IMG/VR virus record: IMGVR_UViG_3300033146_000850
Location: 1 to 64,000 of that record
Source of the DNA: a virus
Length of the DNA: 64,000 nt
Strand: one strand, 5' to 3'
The position numbers and the translations under genes are program-made. This document shows positions 9,664-20,366 of this stretch, in pieces. Under the pieces are notes generated by a model. That model was not told the origin of the DNA. It saw nothing but the letters and a program-made list of their open reading frames with translations, and did not search any database. Each line of letters begins with the position of its first letter. Position 1 is the first letter of the stretch.

Positions 9664-12600
9664 ATGTCTATTACAATAAATAATACAATAATTATCGACC
9701 AACCATCTCAATTTTTAAAACGAACACAGATGGAAATATTAAATTTTAAACATATACCTGATGTTCCTAGTGATACTGTTCAATGGAAAATATTAAAAGC
9801 TCCCATTAGTAATAATGATGCAAATTATGTTGAAAATTGGGGTATAAGCCACTCTAGTAATAGTGTTAATACCAATGAGATATTAGTGTTAAATTTATCA
9901 GGGACTTATAAAATAGAAATAGAAGAGACTATAAATGGTGTTAATAGAAAATATGTGCTAGCCATTCAATGTGAATCACTTAAAGAATCTATTTCGACAC
10001 CATTTCCAGGTGAAACAATTGAAGTAAATGATGTTGATGGTTGGGCAAGAAAGGTAGAGGATTCAATACAATCATTAGCTCAAAATGAGGGTTGTTTTAG
10101 TGTTATTGGGTCTAATAATTCACAATCTTATGTTGTTGGTGACCTTGTCGTGGTCGATTCTATTAATAATAAAATAGTGTCTGGGTTTATATATGGTTTA
10201 AATTCGTTAAATGATGCTTACAGTGTGGTCGGATATAATTCTACAATAGGTATAGTTGTGGATGTTATTGATGATTCTGGAGATGTTGTATATTCTGCTG
10301 GTCGTCCTTTTTATAGAGTGTTGATGGAGGGTGCTTATAAATTAAATAGTTCTATACCACCATTTAATTCAACATCTTGTAGTATTTTTTATGATACTGT
10401 AAATCACGAGTTGAGTTCTGATTATACTAAGGGTTATTATGTTGGTAAATATTTTTATAATAGTGGTGATGGTGCATTCATCATAATTGAAAATCAGATT
10501 TTAATGGATTATGAGAATGAGGTATCCCCTTTTGGTTTCTTTTATAATACTAAAAATTTTGAGGTTGCAAGTTGGATATCTGATTCAGGTATTATTAAAA
10601 TAGATTTTATACATAATTTAAATTCATCCAATATTATAGTAGAAATATGGAACGAATCTAATTCGGCTGATATATTTAGAGTTAATCCATTAAAAGTATT
10701 AAAAATAGATAATAATAATATTTCAATACATATGAATCCAGGTCAAGAGTTTGATGGTAGAATTAACATAATTAGAATCGATTCGGATACAGCTGTTCCT
10801 GTTAGTAATATTATCGATGTCCAATTAGATGGTATTAGCTCATCACAAAAGGATTCTCTTAATTTTATCACTGGAGATAATGTTTCATTGGTTATTACTG
10901 ATAATAATATAAACGGAAGAGCAGATATAACTATTAATGCTGAACAACCATTGAGATTAGAAGCTAATCACGATATTAGTCATAGTATGCAAGGTAGCAT
11001 TACATTTACATCATATGCACTGGGTACATTTGATAATCCATTTTATGTTAACGGTGAATATATTTACACCGCTAGTAGAGATATTAATGGTGGAACTCAC
11101 TTAATAATAAATAATATGACAATTGACCCTCCATATATTGGATTTATAAATCAATTGAATAGCCATAATAATACATATGATTTTGATTACTTCATAGGTT
11201 CGACTATTCATAATATATATGCTAAAGACGGCTATGTTTTTGTTACTAGTGATACTAGTAACTCTGATACTACACCAATTATTAGAGTGTATGATGAGTT
11301 GAGTAATAAACACATTATGAATATTCAAATTTTTAATTTGGGAGATTTTGTTAAAGATATGTTCTTATATGATGATTCATTATTCATATTAAAAACAAAC
11401 GGAACAGAGTCTTTAATTCGAAATTATAATTTAACAACTCAAAATTATACGGATATTGTTACATCTATATCCAATAATGCTTTTGGTCTAAAATGTGATG
11501 ACGGGATTATGTATCTTGGATATGATGATAGCATTGCTAATGATAGATATATAGTTGAAGAATATGATATGCTATCATCAGGTTTAGTCAATACTTATAA
11601 TTTACCAATACCATCAGGTTATATTATTTATAATTATCCTGATTTTGATGTATATAATGGAAATATATATATTGGATATTCTGAGGTGTCAAGCGATGAT
11701 TTTATTATTAGTGTTTTTAATATTTTAAGTTCGAATGTTGTTATTTTAAATACTAATGTGAGTTGTAAAACATACACTGGTCTATTTCAGGTTATAGATG
11801 ACACTACTATACAATTGTTAAATGATGAAAATAAGGTGGATGAATGGACTTATGATTTAACAACACCTACAATGACCATTAATATTGAGCGACCTTTAAA
11901 GTTTATAGAATCTATTCATTTATCTATGTTAGAGTATAATCAAGTATTATCATTAATTGCTAATGGTGAGTTGTTTATGACGGATTCTAATACAATATTT
12001 ACTTCTACCTCACATGTTGAAAAATCTTTTATAGTTGGCTCATATCAAATGGATAATGTTGCGAATCCATCGTGTTATAATCGAATGTTTTATGATAAAA
12101 CAAACGGTTCTTTTAGAGTTGGGAGAGCAATTTCAACCCAGTGGGATGATAGAGGTGATTATAGCTTCGTTGCAGGTAGAAATTGCTTATCTTCCGGTGA
12201 TTTTAATTTTGTCGGTGGGGACGAATCAAGTGTACATTCGAGTTCTAATTATAACTCCGTGTGGGGTGAGCGTTGTGATGTTACAGACTCCAGTTATAAT
12301 AGCATTGTTGGAACTACTCATAATGTGGATACATCAGCTTTTAATATTATAATTGGAGGTAGTATCCATCTTGAAGATTCTAATTATAGTAATATTACTG
12401 GTTTCAATATTAACCTACAGTGTTCTGCTTATAATAATATTACTGGAATAAGTAATAATATTATAGGTTTGGATGGGTTTAATTTAGCTAGGTATAATAA
12501 TGTTATAGGTCATGGAAATATAGTCAATACCTCTAGTTATAATATTATTAATGGGGAGGATAACAACGTTGATGATTCTGATTATAACATTGTTAGTGGT

Positions 12601-13713
12601 GATGGTCACGATGTTGTTGGTTCTATTGGTAACAGTATTAGTGGGTCTAATCATAATACTGATGATACTCATCGTAACGGTATTAGTGGGAATGGTCACA
12701 ATATTGATGGTTCCAATAATAACAGTATTAGTGGGGATGGTCACATAATTAATAATTCTATTGATAACAGTATTAGTGGGAAGGATAACAACGTTAATGG
12801 TTCCAATTATAACATTATTAGTGGGGTTAGTCACATAATTAATAATTCTACTGATAACAGTATTATTGGGTATAGTCACACTATTGATGATTCCTCTCAT
12901 AATAGTATTAGTGGGTATGGTCACGATATTGATGATTCCTATAATAACAGTATAAGTGGTGATACTCACGATATTGATGATTCCTCTCATAATAGTATTA
13001 GTGGGTATGGTCACGATATTGATGATTCCTCTCATAATAGTATTAGTGGGTATGGTAACGATATTGATGATTCCGATTCTAACAGTATAAGTGGAGATAT
13101 TCACAGTATTAATAATTCTAGTAATAATAGTATTAGTGGGTATGGTCACGATATTGATAATTCTGATTATAACATTATTAGTGGGTTTAATAATAAATGT
13201 AACGATTTTAATTCAAGTTTAATTGTTGGTAGTTATGGACTTATTACTAGTAATAATTCTATAACATTAAGTAATCAACTAGAAACTATTACTGGTGAGT
13301 ATGGATTGTCTCAAAATGTCAATATCGTTATGTCTAAAATAACAAATAATATGACCGAGCAACCTATGGAAATAAATGGATTGGATTATATATATATACC
13401 TGACAATGTTGCGTTTATTGTTGAAATATATGCTGTTGGGCAAACAACGACACCAGGGTCTAGTATACTTCCAGTTTCTACACATATGATTGCCAGTGGA
13501 TATACTGCACCTATAAACAATAGCGATGGTGGTAGTAATGGATTAGTTGCAACTTCTATTTCTGGGACTACAAGTGAATTTGATGTTAGAATGACAGCTA
13601 TGCATCAATTACAGATATTTGTTTCAGCACCACATAATATGGAGACTTATAGATGGTCTGCTAATGTTAATATAACTATGATTGGAGGGGTTAATGCCCA
13701 TATATCATCATAA
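9664..13713 (+). CDS. Large virion fibre/spike protein with propeller-like middle and 14-aa beta-helix repeats
   Basis: 1349 aa; HxIDDSxxNSISGxG repeats; RMFYDKTNGSFRVG adhesin-like motif. Confidence 0.7.
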   Translation: MSITINNTIIIDQPSQFLKRTQMEILNFKHIPDVPSDTVQWKILKAPISNNDANYVENWGISHSSNSVNTNEILVLNLSGTYKIEIEETINGVNRKYVLAIQCESLKESISTPFPGETIEVNDVDGWARKVEDSIQSLAQNEGCFSVIGSNNSQSYVVGDLVVVDSINNKIVSGFIYGLNSLNDAYSVVGYNSTIGIVVDVIDDSGDVVYSAGRPFYRVLMEGAYKLNSSIPPFNSTSCSIFYDTVNHELSSDYTKGYYVGKYFYNSGDGAFIIIENQILMDYENEVSPFGFFYNTKNFEVASWISDSGIIKIDFIHNLNSSNIIVEIWNESNSADIFRVNPLKVLKIDNNNISIHMNPGQEFDGRINIIRIDSDTAVPVSNIIDVQLDGISSSQKDSLNFITGDNVSLVITDNNINGRADITINAEQPLRLEANHDISHSMQGSITFTSYALGTFDNPFYVNGEYIYTASRDINGGTHLIINNMTIDPPYIGFINQLNSHNNTYDFDYFIGSTIHNIYAKDGYVFVTSDTSNSDTTPIIRVYDELSNKHIMNIQIFNLGDFVKDMFLYDDSLFILKTNGTESLIRNYNLTTQNYTDIVTSISNNAFGLKCDDGIMYLGYDDSIANDRYIVEEYDMLSSGLVNTYNLPIPSGYIIYNYPDFDVYNGNIYIGYSEVSSDDFIISVFNILSSNVVILNTNVSCKTYTGLFQVIDDTTIQLLNDENKVDEWTYDLTTPTMTINIERPLKFIESIHLSMLEYNQVLSLIANGELFMTDSNTIFTSTSHVEKSFIVGSYQMDNVANPSCYNRMFYDKTNGSFRVGRAISTQWDDRGDYSFVAGRNCLSSGDFNFVGGDESSVHSSSNYNSVWGERCDVTDSSYNSIVGTTHNVDTSAFNIIIGGSIHLEDSNYSNITGFNINLQCSAYNNITGISNNIIGLDGFNLARYNNVIGHGNIVNTSSYNIINGEDNNVDDSDYNIVSGDGHDVVGSIGNSISGSNHNTDDTHRNGISGNGHNIDGSNNNSISGDGHIINNSIDNSISGKDNNVNGSNYNIISGVSHIINNSTDNSIIGYSHTIDDSSHNSISGYGHDIDDSYNNSISGDTHDIDDSSHNSISGYGHDIDDSSHNSISGYGNDIDDSDSNSISGDIHSINNSSNNSISGYGHDIDNSDYNIISGFNNKCNDFNSSLIVGSYGLITSNNSITLSNQLETITGEYGLSQNVNIVMSKITNNMTEQPMEINGLDYIYIPDNVAFIVEIYAVGQTTTPGSSILPVSTHMIASGYTAPINNSDGGSNGLVATSISGTTSEFDVRMTAMHQLQIFVSAPHNMETYRWSANVNITMIGGVNAHISS
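12490..13190 (+). repeat. 42-nt coding tandem repeat (14-aa unit)
   Basis: aacagtattagtggg...ggtcac.atattgatgattc recurring at a 42-nt period. Confidence 0.9.
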
Positions 13714-13728
13714 GGATATAGTGTTATT

Positions 13729-14733
13729 ATGAAAAAAACCGAAGAATTAATAACAATAACAGCTGGTGGTGAACCAGGCACCGAAGAAATACGTAATGCT
13801 TATAGTGTTAATGTTGATGGGGATGTATGGTACGTATTTGTAGTTGGTGATGATATTTACACTAGGAGAAAAATATCAGGTACTTTGGAGACAACTAATT
13901 ATCGTATTTGTCAGGGTGATAATCCTATTTTAATGTATAATACCCCAAATTTATATTTATTTTTTGTCAGAGATGGTAAAGTTTTTAAAAAAACTTGGGA
14001 TAAAAATGTTGATATTACAACTTTGAGTGAATCTGAAAAACAAGATGATTATTTATCATCCCCTAAACAAAAACATGATTTTGATGCAAGTGCTTATTCG
14101 GTTGGTGAGAGACACGTGGATGAATATTCATCAACTTATTTTACAAATTATGGTTTTAGTGTTAGTGCTGATTATATATATACTAGATTATTACACGACT
14201 CCGTTGATTTAATTATTAGAATAAATAGTTTTAATAACAGTCCTTTTAATGGTGATACGATATATGGTATGATGTACGTTCGAACAGGTGATTCTTGGAC
14301 CCAGTTGTGGGGTGAAAAAAAACAGTATAAAATAGATATGTATATATATAAGAATATGAAAAGACGTATATATGGTATAAAATGGTTTAGTAGTATAGGT
14401 GAGGAAACTGGAATTATTACAATATATGTCCCTGTGTCTCAAGATTTAAATAATGTTTTAGATTATACTAAATATAGTGTAGGTGATTATAATGCTAGTC
14501 GTAATAATGGATATATAACTGCTAGTTATAGCCATATCAAGAGAGATTTTAAAGATTATACAATCAATGATGCTAAATATAGCGTTGGTGATTATGATAT
14601 TGGTCGTAATAATGGATATATAACTGCTAGTTATAGCCATATCAAGAGAGATTTTAAAGACTATACAATCAATGATGCTAAATATAGCGTTGGTGATTAT
14701 GATGTTGGTCGTAATAATTGTTATTTTGTATGA
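13729..14733 (+). CDS. Hypothetical virion-associated protein with C-terminal 35-aa tandem duplication
   Basis: Long ORF in the structural operon. Confidence 0.65.
   Translation: MKKTEELITITAGGEPGTEEIRNAYSVNVDGDVWYVFVVGDDIYTRRKISGTLETTNYRICQGDNPILMYNTPNLYLFFVRDGKVFKKTWDKNVDITTLSESEKQDDYLSSPKQKHDFDASAYSVGERHVDEYSSTYFTNYGFSVSADYIYTRLLHDSVDLIIRINSFNNSPFNGDTIYGMMYVRTGDSWTQLWGEKKQYKIDMYIYKNMKRRIYGIKWFSSIGEETGIITIYVPVSQDLNNVLDYTKYSVGDYNASRNNGYITASYSHIKRDFKDYTINDAKYSVGDYDIGRNNGYITASYSHIKRDFKDYTINDAKYSVGDYDVGRNNCYFV
14465..14720 (+). repeat. 105-nt near-perfect tandem repeat (~2.4 copies)
   Basis: cgtaataat at 14500, 14605 and 14710. Confidence 0.9.
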
Positions 14734-14745
14734 TAGGAGATATTG

Positions 14746-15294
14746 ATGATAAATAATACTGGTAAAATGATAACTGCTAAAGGTGTTGTCAGCCTTTCTG
14801 TTATTGGTGATGATGGTGATATTAAACAAGAGGTTGATAGACATAATACTTGGTCAAAACACGCAGATTGGGATTTTTTTCTTAATAAACATGACCTTCT
14901 ATCGGTTGCATTATTTGATGGTGGGGATGTTCAAAGACCATTTGCATCTAGTGATAGTGACAAATGGGTGTATGGGTTGAATTTTGCTAGTATGGGTTCG
15001 TTATGTATAATAGAAGATGGTAAATATGTATCCTCAGGTCATACCACCATTACTTTGAGTGGTACAGCTGGACCTAGTTCTATTGTTGCTGGTGAATATG
15101 ATGGTATAACTTTGATGTCATCTTTTAATTCCAGTTCATTTTGTAAAGATACAACTTCCAATAAAAATATTAATTCCTCGTATAATGATAATAAAATTTG
15201 GTCTATTATTAGATTCCCATCGAAATTAGCCATAACATCATCTGATTCGTTGATATGGACATATACAATATATTATAGTTTTGGTGGAATTTAA
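14746..15294 (+). CDS. Putative tail/baseplate-associated protein
   Basis: N-terminal KGVVSL..G.IKQE..HN and C-terminal ITSSDSLIWTYTI resemble small tail-fibre-attachment proteins; AGGAG RBS. Confidence 0.5.
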   Translation: MINNTGKMITAKGVVSLSVIGDDGDIKQEVDRHNTWSKHADWDFFLNKHDLLSVALFDGGDVQRPFASSDSDKWVYGLNFASMGSLCIIEDGKYVSSGHTTITLSGTAGPSSIVAGEYDGITLMSSFNSSSFCKDTTSNKNINSSYNDNKIWSIIRFPSKLAITSSDSLIWTYTIYYSFGGI

Positions 15295-15304
15295 GGAGGA
15301 AATA

Positions 15305-18300
15305 ATGGGGTTAATTAAACAAAAAGCGTATAGATGTTCTACTTATTTAAATGGTTCGGCATTTTTTAGACATAGCAGGATATATGCAACACACGTAGAT
15401 GCTAGTAATCTGTATTCCCTAGATGATTATATGGGTTATTATAGACGATTTAGTAGTGGTACTCAGGAAATGAGTGATAATTCTGTTTACCGTGGTTATC
15501 CATTTAGAGTTCGGGCTTATGAAAATGTATCACATACTTCTAATTATTCAGGAATAGTTCGGTCAATGTATGTTCCAGAATTATCAACAACTAAAGCTAT
15601 GAGTAATGGTTATAAATCATTTGGTAGATTTGAGGTTAAAACTCCCAATCACGATAGTGAATATTTCTATGATTCTAATAATCAAGGGTCAAGCGAGGGT
15701 AAAGTTATTTTATCCGAGACTGATTCAGGTTGGAATATTGATAAAAACAGTGGATTGTATGAATATGGAATGAAAGTTAAAATTTCTACAGGTGGAGATG
15801 AAACATCTGCATCATACAGTATAATGAAATCACATCATAATGATGGTATGCATTTAAGAATGTTCCAAATGCGTTTTAATACAGGTGGAGATGTTACAGA
15901 TAGAATACAAGTCATACTTAATAATAAACATAAAATAGAAGTTCATACAAATTTAAATGTTAATAATTCTAACTTTAGATTGAATTTTGTAACTATGCCA
16001 TATTTGACACATATTATTGATTATGATATTACTGAATTAGGCTCACCAACCGGTATTTTTGTGGATGCATATGAAATGGGTGATTATTATATATTATTTT
16101 TTACTGGTAGTATAGTTAAAATAGACAAAAACACATTAGAGCCAATAATAAGGGTTGATTATCCCGCAACTTACACGGTAAAAACTAATTCAACAGGGGA
16201 TGTTGGATATAAAGGTATATGTGAAGAAAAAGACGGAAATGCTTATTTTTCATTAATAATTTCCCCATCTGATTCTCAATATATTTTTAAATTTGATAGC
16301 TCCACGAATATTATCACACAAATATCAGGGGATTCTTGTTTACCACATGGACATCAATTAGTTGATTATGATGACACTTATAGTGATAACACTACAAGAA
16401 CTCAAAATGCCGCAAGGAAAGCTCATTTTATAGGTGATAAATTAGTCGTTAAAGAAACTGGGATTTTTTCTTACTATGATACATCTATCCCTTCCGTTAG
16501 TAAAGTCACACTAACCAATTCTGGAATATCTGGATATGTATTTCAAAATACTTATCGAAATGGGGTTAATTGGATTGGTAATGAATGTTTTTGTACTGGA
16601 TATAACGGACACACATATATGGATGTATATCGTATAACTATAGATGTTACATCAAATACTGCTACTCAACTAAATAACTATCATGTTCCTATTAAATGGA
16701 GTACTGGTAGCAATATAGGTCATCTCTTCAATGTTAGCGGAGGGTTGATGTTAATAATCAAGAGTTCTGAATATAATACAAATACTTTTGTAAAATTGAA
16801 TGGTTCCTCTAACGAATTAATAACATATTTCTATAATAGTGCAACTAATGTTTTTGTTCCGTGGAGGGCTGATGATAATTCATCTAACAATCTAGCAATA
16901 AATCGTATAAATTATGCATTTGGTTCATCACATACTAGATATGTTGATAATGTAGGTGTTCCACTAGCATTAAAACGAGAAAGTGGGAATTCTAACGATT
17001 CCAGGAATAGAGATTATGCAATTATAGTATCACCTGTTTATTACGGGTGGGATAATGACAATAAACGATGGCAACCTTGGTTATGGAATGGTTCAGCTGG
17101 CAATGATTATACTTGTATTGGTAGAATAATGGGTAAACAGGAAGGTTCAGTTGAAATAACAGGATATGATACAAATACGGATTATGAAATTAATATATGG
17201 GGTGTAAATTATACATCTGGAACAACACATAATAACATATCTGATGTTATTCAATTATTAATGGAGGATATCCATACAGGTATTAGGTCTGGGGTTATTT
17301 CTGATAGGTTAATTGCAACTGAAAATTCGAGTAGTATAATTTTAACAGCTATAGAAGGTGGTATTGATTATTATGTATCTGGGTCTCATGATATATTAAC
17401 AAGTGTTGTTGGTGGTAGTGGTACTATTGGGTCATTTGTTTTATCTGCATCAAGGGTTGCTGGTGGAAAACACTCTATTATTATTAATGAAACCAGTGGT
17501 GTACACGATGATGGATTAATGCTCGAATTTGAAAATAATGGTGTAGGTACCCAATTTGTTGCTAATGAAAGTATAGGTGCGGTTTTAGCGTATGAGGCTA
17601 TGGTTGTTGATAACTCTCAATCGTGGCGTATTAATAATTATTGGTATACTAAAGGTGCTAGATATTTTTATAATTTTTACACAACACCATATTTTGGGGT
17701 TGATAGGAGTGTTGGAACGGACCTCGAATCTATTGGTGGATTTAGAGAGGTTTTAAGCGATGACTGGTCTAATATTTCAGAGTTATATAGAAATAGAGAG
17801 ATTCCTTTGCTATACACATATATTGGGGATTATCCATTAGGTAATTATGATGAAGATTCTCATGGAATAGCTCCATCATATTCCCCAGCTCCTGGTTCAG
17901 ACTTGAAAAAGTGGGCTGTTGGGTATAAATCAATGGATATTGAAATGTTATTTATGAATCCTTCTTACAATGTTGTTCTACCTTTCGTTCCTGTAACTAC
18001 TAATATGGTTGGTATACATTATGTATTTGGTGGTGATGAATATTCAGAAATCGATGATGGGGTTGGTGGTTTTAATAATGTGAACGGACATATTGATAGT
18101 AGTTCTATTGATTATACTACAGGTATAATCAGTGTAACTTTTAATATATCTTTAAATGAGTTACCAAATATTAACTATTTTCCAGTTGCTAGAAAAAGTC
18201 CAAAAGAAAATGGATTATATAGTTCTATTACTAGAAATTTATTTAGTATTGGTTGGTATTTGAATGATTATATTGGAACTATGGATAGTGGAAGTATTGT

Positions 18301-20269
18301 TGATGATAGGTCACCATTTAGTCCTCATATTTTCGTTCCTGATTTTTATGCTACTCATTTTAAGGGGGCTATTAGTTTCAATAGAGTAGAAGATTTGGAG
18401 GGTAGATTTGATTCTAAAGATGGTTCAGAAATAACAGCTAGAGCCAGGTTGAGTTCAAGTCCGTATCCGTATGGGCAAACTAGGGGATTTTATAACGGTT
18501 GTAAAATTAGAATTGTTGATGCTTTACATGATAAACATTCATCTATTAAAATAAACCAAATACCATATAGAAATGAAATTCTTTCACAACTGTCAAGTGT
18601 TGTACCAAATGGTTATATGGAATATAGAGTTTTTTCAGGCTCATCCTCATTTTCTTCTGTTGATTCTGGTGATTTACTTCGAGCTATATCTTTACCGATT
18701 CAAAAAGATATATGGGATTTTCAACCTGTTAATAATACTGGAGGAACAAATTCATATTATACAGCTGGATTATCTAAAATATTTCACACCGAATTAAATA
18801 CTATACGTGCGTATCCAGGACATCTCCATTGGGAAACTTATTATAATGAAAATGGGGGTGCTATTTCCCAATATACTAGTGATTACCCCAATATGGTTAT
18901 TTATGATAAAGATAGTACTAATGAATTGATTCAATATGCTGGAGAGGAGTTATTGGTTAAAGATTATTATTGTGATAATAGAATATTAAGATTAGACCCT
19001 AATACCGATAATTGGGATTTTACAGGTAATAATGCTCAAAAAGTTAAAAACTCTAGACGTGATAATTATGAAAAAGGTAATATTTTAGAGCGTAAATTAG
19101 AGTGTTCAAATGTTACTGGTAGTTTTGTTGTTGGTGAGGATGTTACAGGTGTGCCATCTGGGGCTGTAGGAACTATATTATCGGTAGATTCTGATAATAT
19201 AGTGATAACCCTAGTATCAGGTGTTTTCACAACGTCTGATGTAATTTCAGCAACATCTTTGACTAGTGCTGAAATTGATAATATATATCAAGACCCTATT
19301 GAGATGGATGGTATTGATATATGGAGGTCATCAGATTTAAAAGGTATTGTTTTTACATTAGAGCAAAAAGATGGAAATGACGGTAGACCTGATGTACCTG
19401 AATCTATCACAAATAACTATGAGTGGAGATATAATGACTTATTAATGATAATGGATGACACCAGCACTTTTTCAGTAGGTGATTCAATAACAGGGGATAC
19501 ATCATCGGATACTGGTATTGTGAGTAGGATTGTAAATTCGACTAATATGTATATTAAAGATTTTTCGGGTAATTTTGAATCTGGAGGTGAATCAATAAAC
19601 ACATCACAGGCAAACATGATTTCGAGACATACTTCTGGTGCAATCGTTGGTCATTTTACATCATTTGAAAGTAATGTTTCGAGCCGTGGTTCTGGGTTTA
19701 GAGGTACTGGAATTTGGGGTAGCAGAAGTGTTAATAGATATGCTGGTAAATTATTAGTTGTAACTAGCGGAGTAGCCAAAGGTCAATGTTATATGCTTCA
19801 AAACACCACTGATAATTATATCAGGGTCAGACCTGATTTTGGTGCTATTGGAACTGGACCAGAAGTCGATGATGGATATAGAATAATAGATGCTATGCCT
19901 GTAATTTTTAGAATTGATGATATTGGTAAAACTCAAATTTTAGAATATACTATGAATCAAACGGTGGATAGTTCCATAGAAAATACAACAACAGGTTATT
20001 TGGTAGATATTAACCTATCAAAAAACGTTTTTAATAATATTATTGGGTGTTCCACTGCTAATTGGGTTGTAGATTCATTAATTGATTGTTATGTTGTGAT
20101 TACAGATGGTGTTAAAAAAGGGGAAGCTCAAAAAATCATATCTAATACTACTAATACTATAACTATTGAGAATGTCTGGAATACATCTTTAAGTAATTCT
20201 AATTATTTCAAAATATTAGATTCAGATACAACTATAATATCAATAAATAGACAAACCAACTTCTTTTAA
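15305..20269 (+). CDS. Very large virion structural protein (~1650 aa)
   Basis: AGGAGG before ATG 15305; SSIDYTTG and F.VGE.VTG modules typical of large-phage baseplate/tail proteins. Confidence 0.65.
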   Translation: MGLIKQKAYRCSTYLNGSAFFRHSRIYATHVDASNLYSLDDYMGYYRRFSSGTQEMSDNSVYRGYPFRVRAYENVSHTSNYSGIVRSMYVPELSTTKAMSNGYKSFGRFEVKTPNHDSEYFYDSNNQGSSEGKVILSETDSGWNIDKNSGLYEYGMKVKISTGGDETSASYSIMKSHHNDGMHLRMFQMRFNTGGDVTDRIQVILNNKHKIEVHTNLNVNNSNFRLNFVTMPYLTHIIDYDITELGSPTGIFVDAYEMGDYYILFFTGSIVKIDKNTLEPIIRVDYPATYTVKTNSTGDVGYKGICEEKDGNAYFSLIISPSDSQYIFKFDSSTNIITQISGDSCLPHGHQLVDYDDTYSDNTTRTQNAARKAHFIGDKLVVKETGIFSYYDTSIPSVSKVTLTNSGISGYVFQNTYRNGVNWIGNECFCTGYNGHTYMDVYRITIDVTSNTATQLNNYHVPIKWSTGSNIGHLFNVSGGLMLIIKSSEYNTNTFVKLNGSSNELITYFYNSATNVFVPWRADDNSSNNLAINRINYAFGSSHTRYVDNVGVPLALKRESGNSNDSRNRDYAIIVSPVYYGWDNDNKRWQPWLWNGSAGNDYTCIGRIMGKQEGSVEITGYDTNTDYEINIWGVNYTSGTTHNNISDVIQLLMEDIHTGIRSGVISDRLIATENSSSIILTAIEGGIDYYVSGSHDILTSVVGGSGTIGSFVLSASRVAGGKHSIIINETSGVHDDGLMLEFENNGVGTQFVANESIGAVLAYEAMVVDNSQSWRINNYWYTKGARYFYNFYTTPYFGVDRSVGTDLESIGGFREVLSDDWSNISELYRNREIPLLYTYIGDYPLGNYDEDSHGIAPSYSPAPGSDLKKWAVGYKSMDIEMLFMNPSYNVVLPFVPVTTNMVGIHYVFGGDEYSEIDDGVGGFNNVNGHIDSSSIDYTTGIISVTFNISLNELPNINYFPVARKSPKENGLYSSITRNLFSIGWYLNDYIGTMDSGSIVDDRSPFSPHIFVPDFYATHFKGAISFNRVEDLEGRFDSKDGSEITARARLSSSPYPYGQTRGFYNGCKIRIVDALHDKHSSIKINQIPYRNEILSQLSSVVPNGYMEYRVFSGSSSFSSVDSGDLLRAISLPIQKDIWDFQPVNNTGGTNSYYTAGLSKIFHTELNTIRAYPGHLHWETYYNENGGAISQYTSDYPNMVIYDKDSTNELIQYAGEELLVKDYYCDNRILRLDPNTDNWDFTGNNAQKVKNSRRDNYEKGNILERKLECSNVTGSFVVGEDVTGVPSGAVGTILSVDSDNIVITLVSGVFTTSDVISATSLTSAEIDNIYQDPIEMDGIDIWRSSDLKGIVFTLEQKDGNDGRPDVPESITNNYEWRYNDLLMIMDDTSTFSVGDSITGDTSSDTGIVSRIVNSTNMYIKDFSGNFESGGESINTSQANMISRHTSGAIVGHFTSFESNVSSRGSGFRGTGIWGSRSVNRYAGKLLVVTSGVAKGQCYMLQNTTDNYIRVRPDFGAIGTGPEVDDGYRIIDAMPVIFRIDDIGKTQILEYTMNQTVDSSIENTTTGYLVDINLSKNVFNNIIGCSTANWVVDSLIDCYVVITDGVKKGEAQKIISNTTNTITIENVWNTSLSNSNYFKILDSDTTIISINRQTNFF

Positions 20270-20277
20270 TTCTAAAT

Positions 20278-20285
20278 TATAAATA
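20278..20285 (+). promoter_or_regulatory. Late promoter TATAAATA
   Basis: Exact consensus, intergenic. Confidence 0.7.
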
Positions 20286-20366
20286 TATTACATAGCTTAT
20301 TTTTATTATGAGTATTTTTTATTATGAGTGTATTTTTATTATTTAATACCTTTATAGGAGGGTATC

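Noticed and set aside
12484-13149. 221-aa antisense ORF
   Set aside because: Mirror of the 42-nt coding repeat on the + strand.
14465-14720. Diversity-generating retroelement TR/VR pair
   Set aside because: In-frame adjacent tandem copies with only about 2 differences, not adenine-specific; no reverse transcriptase in the window.
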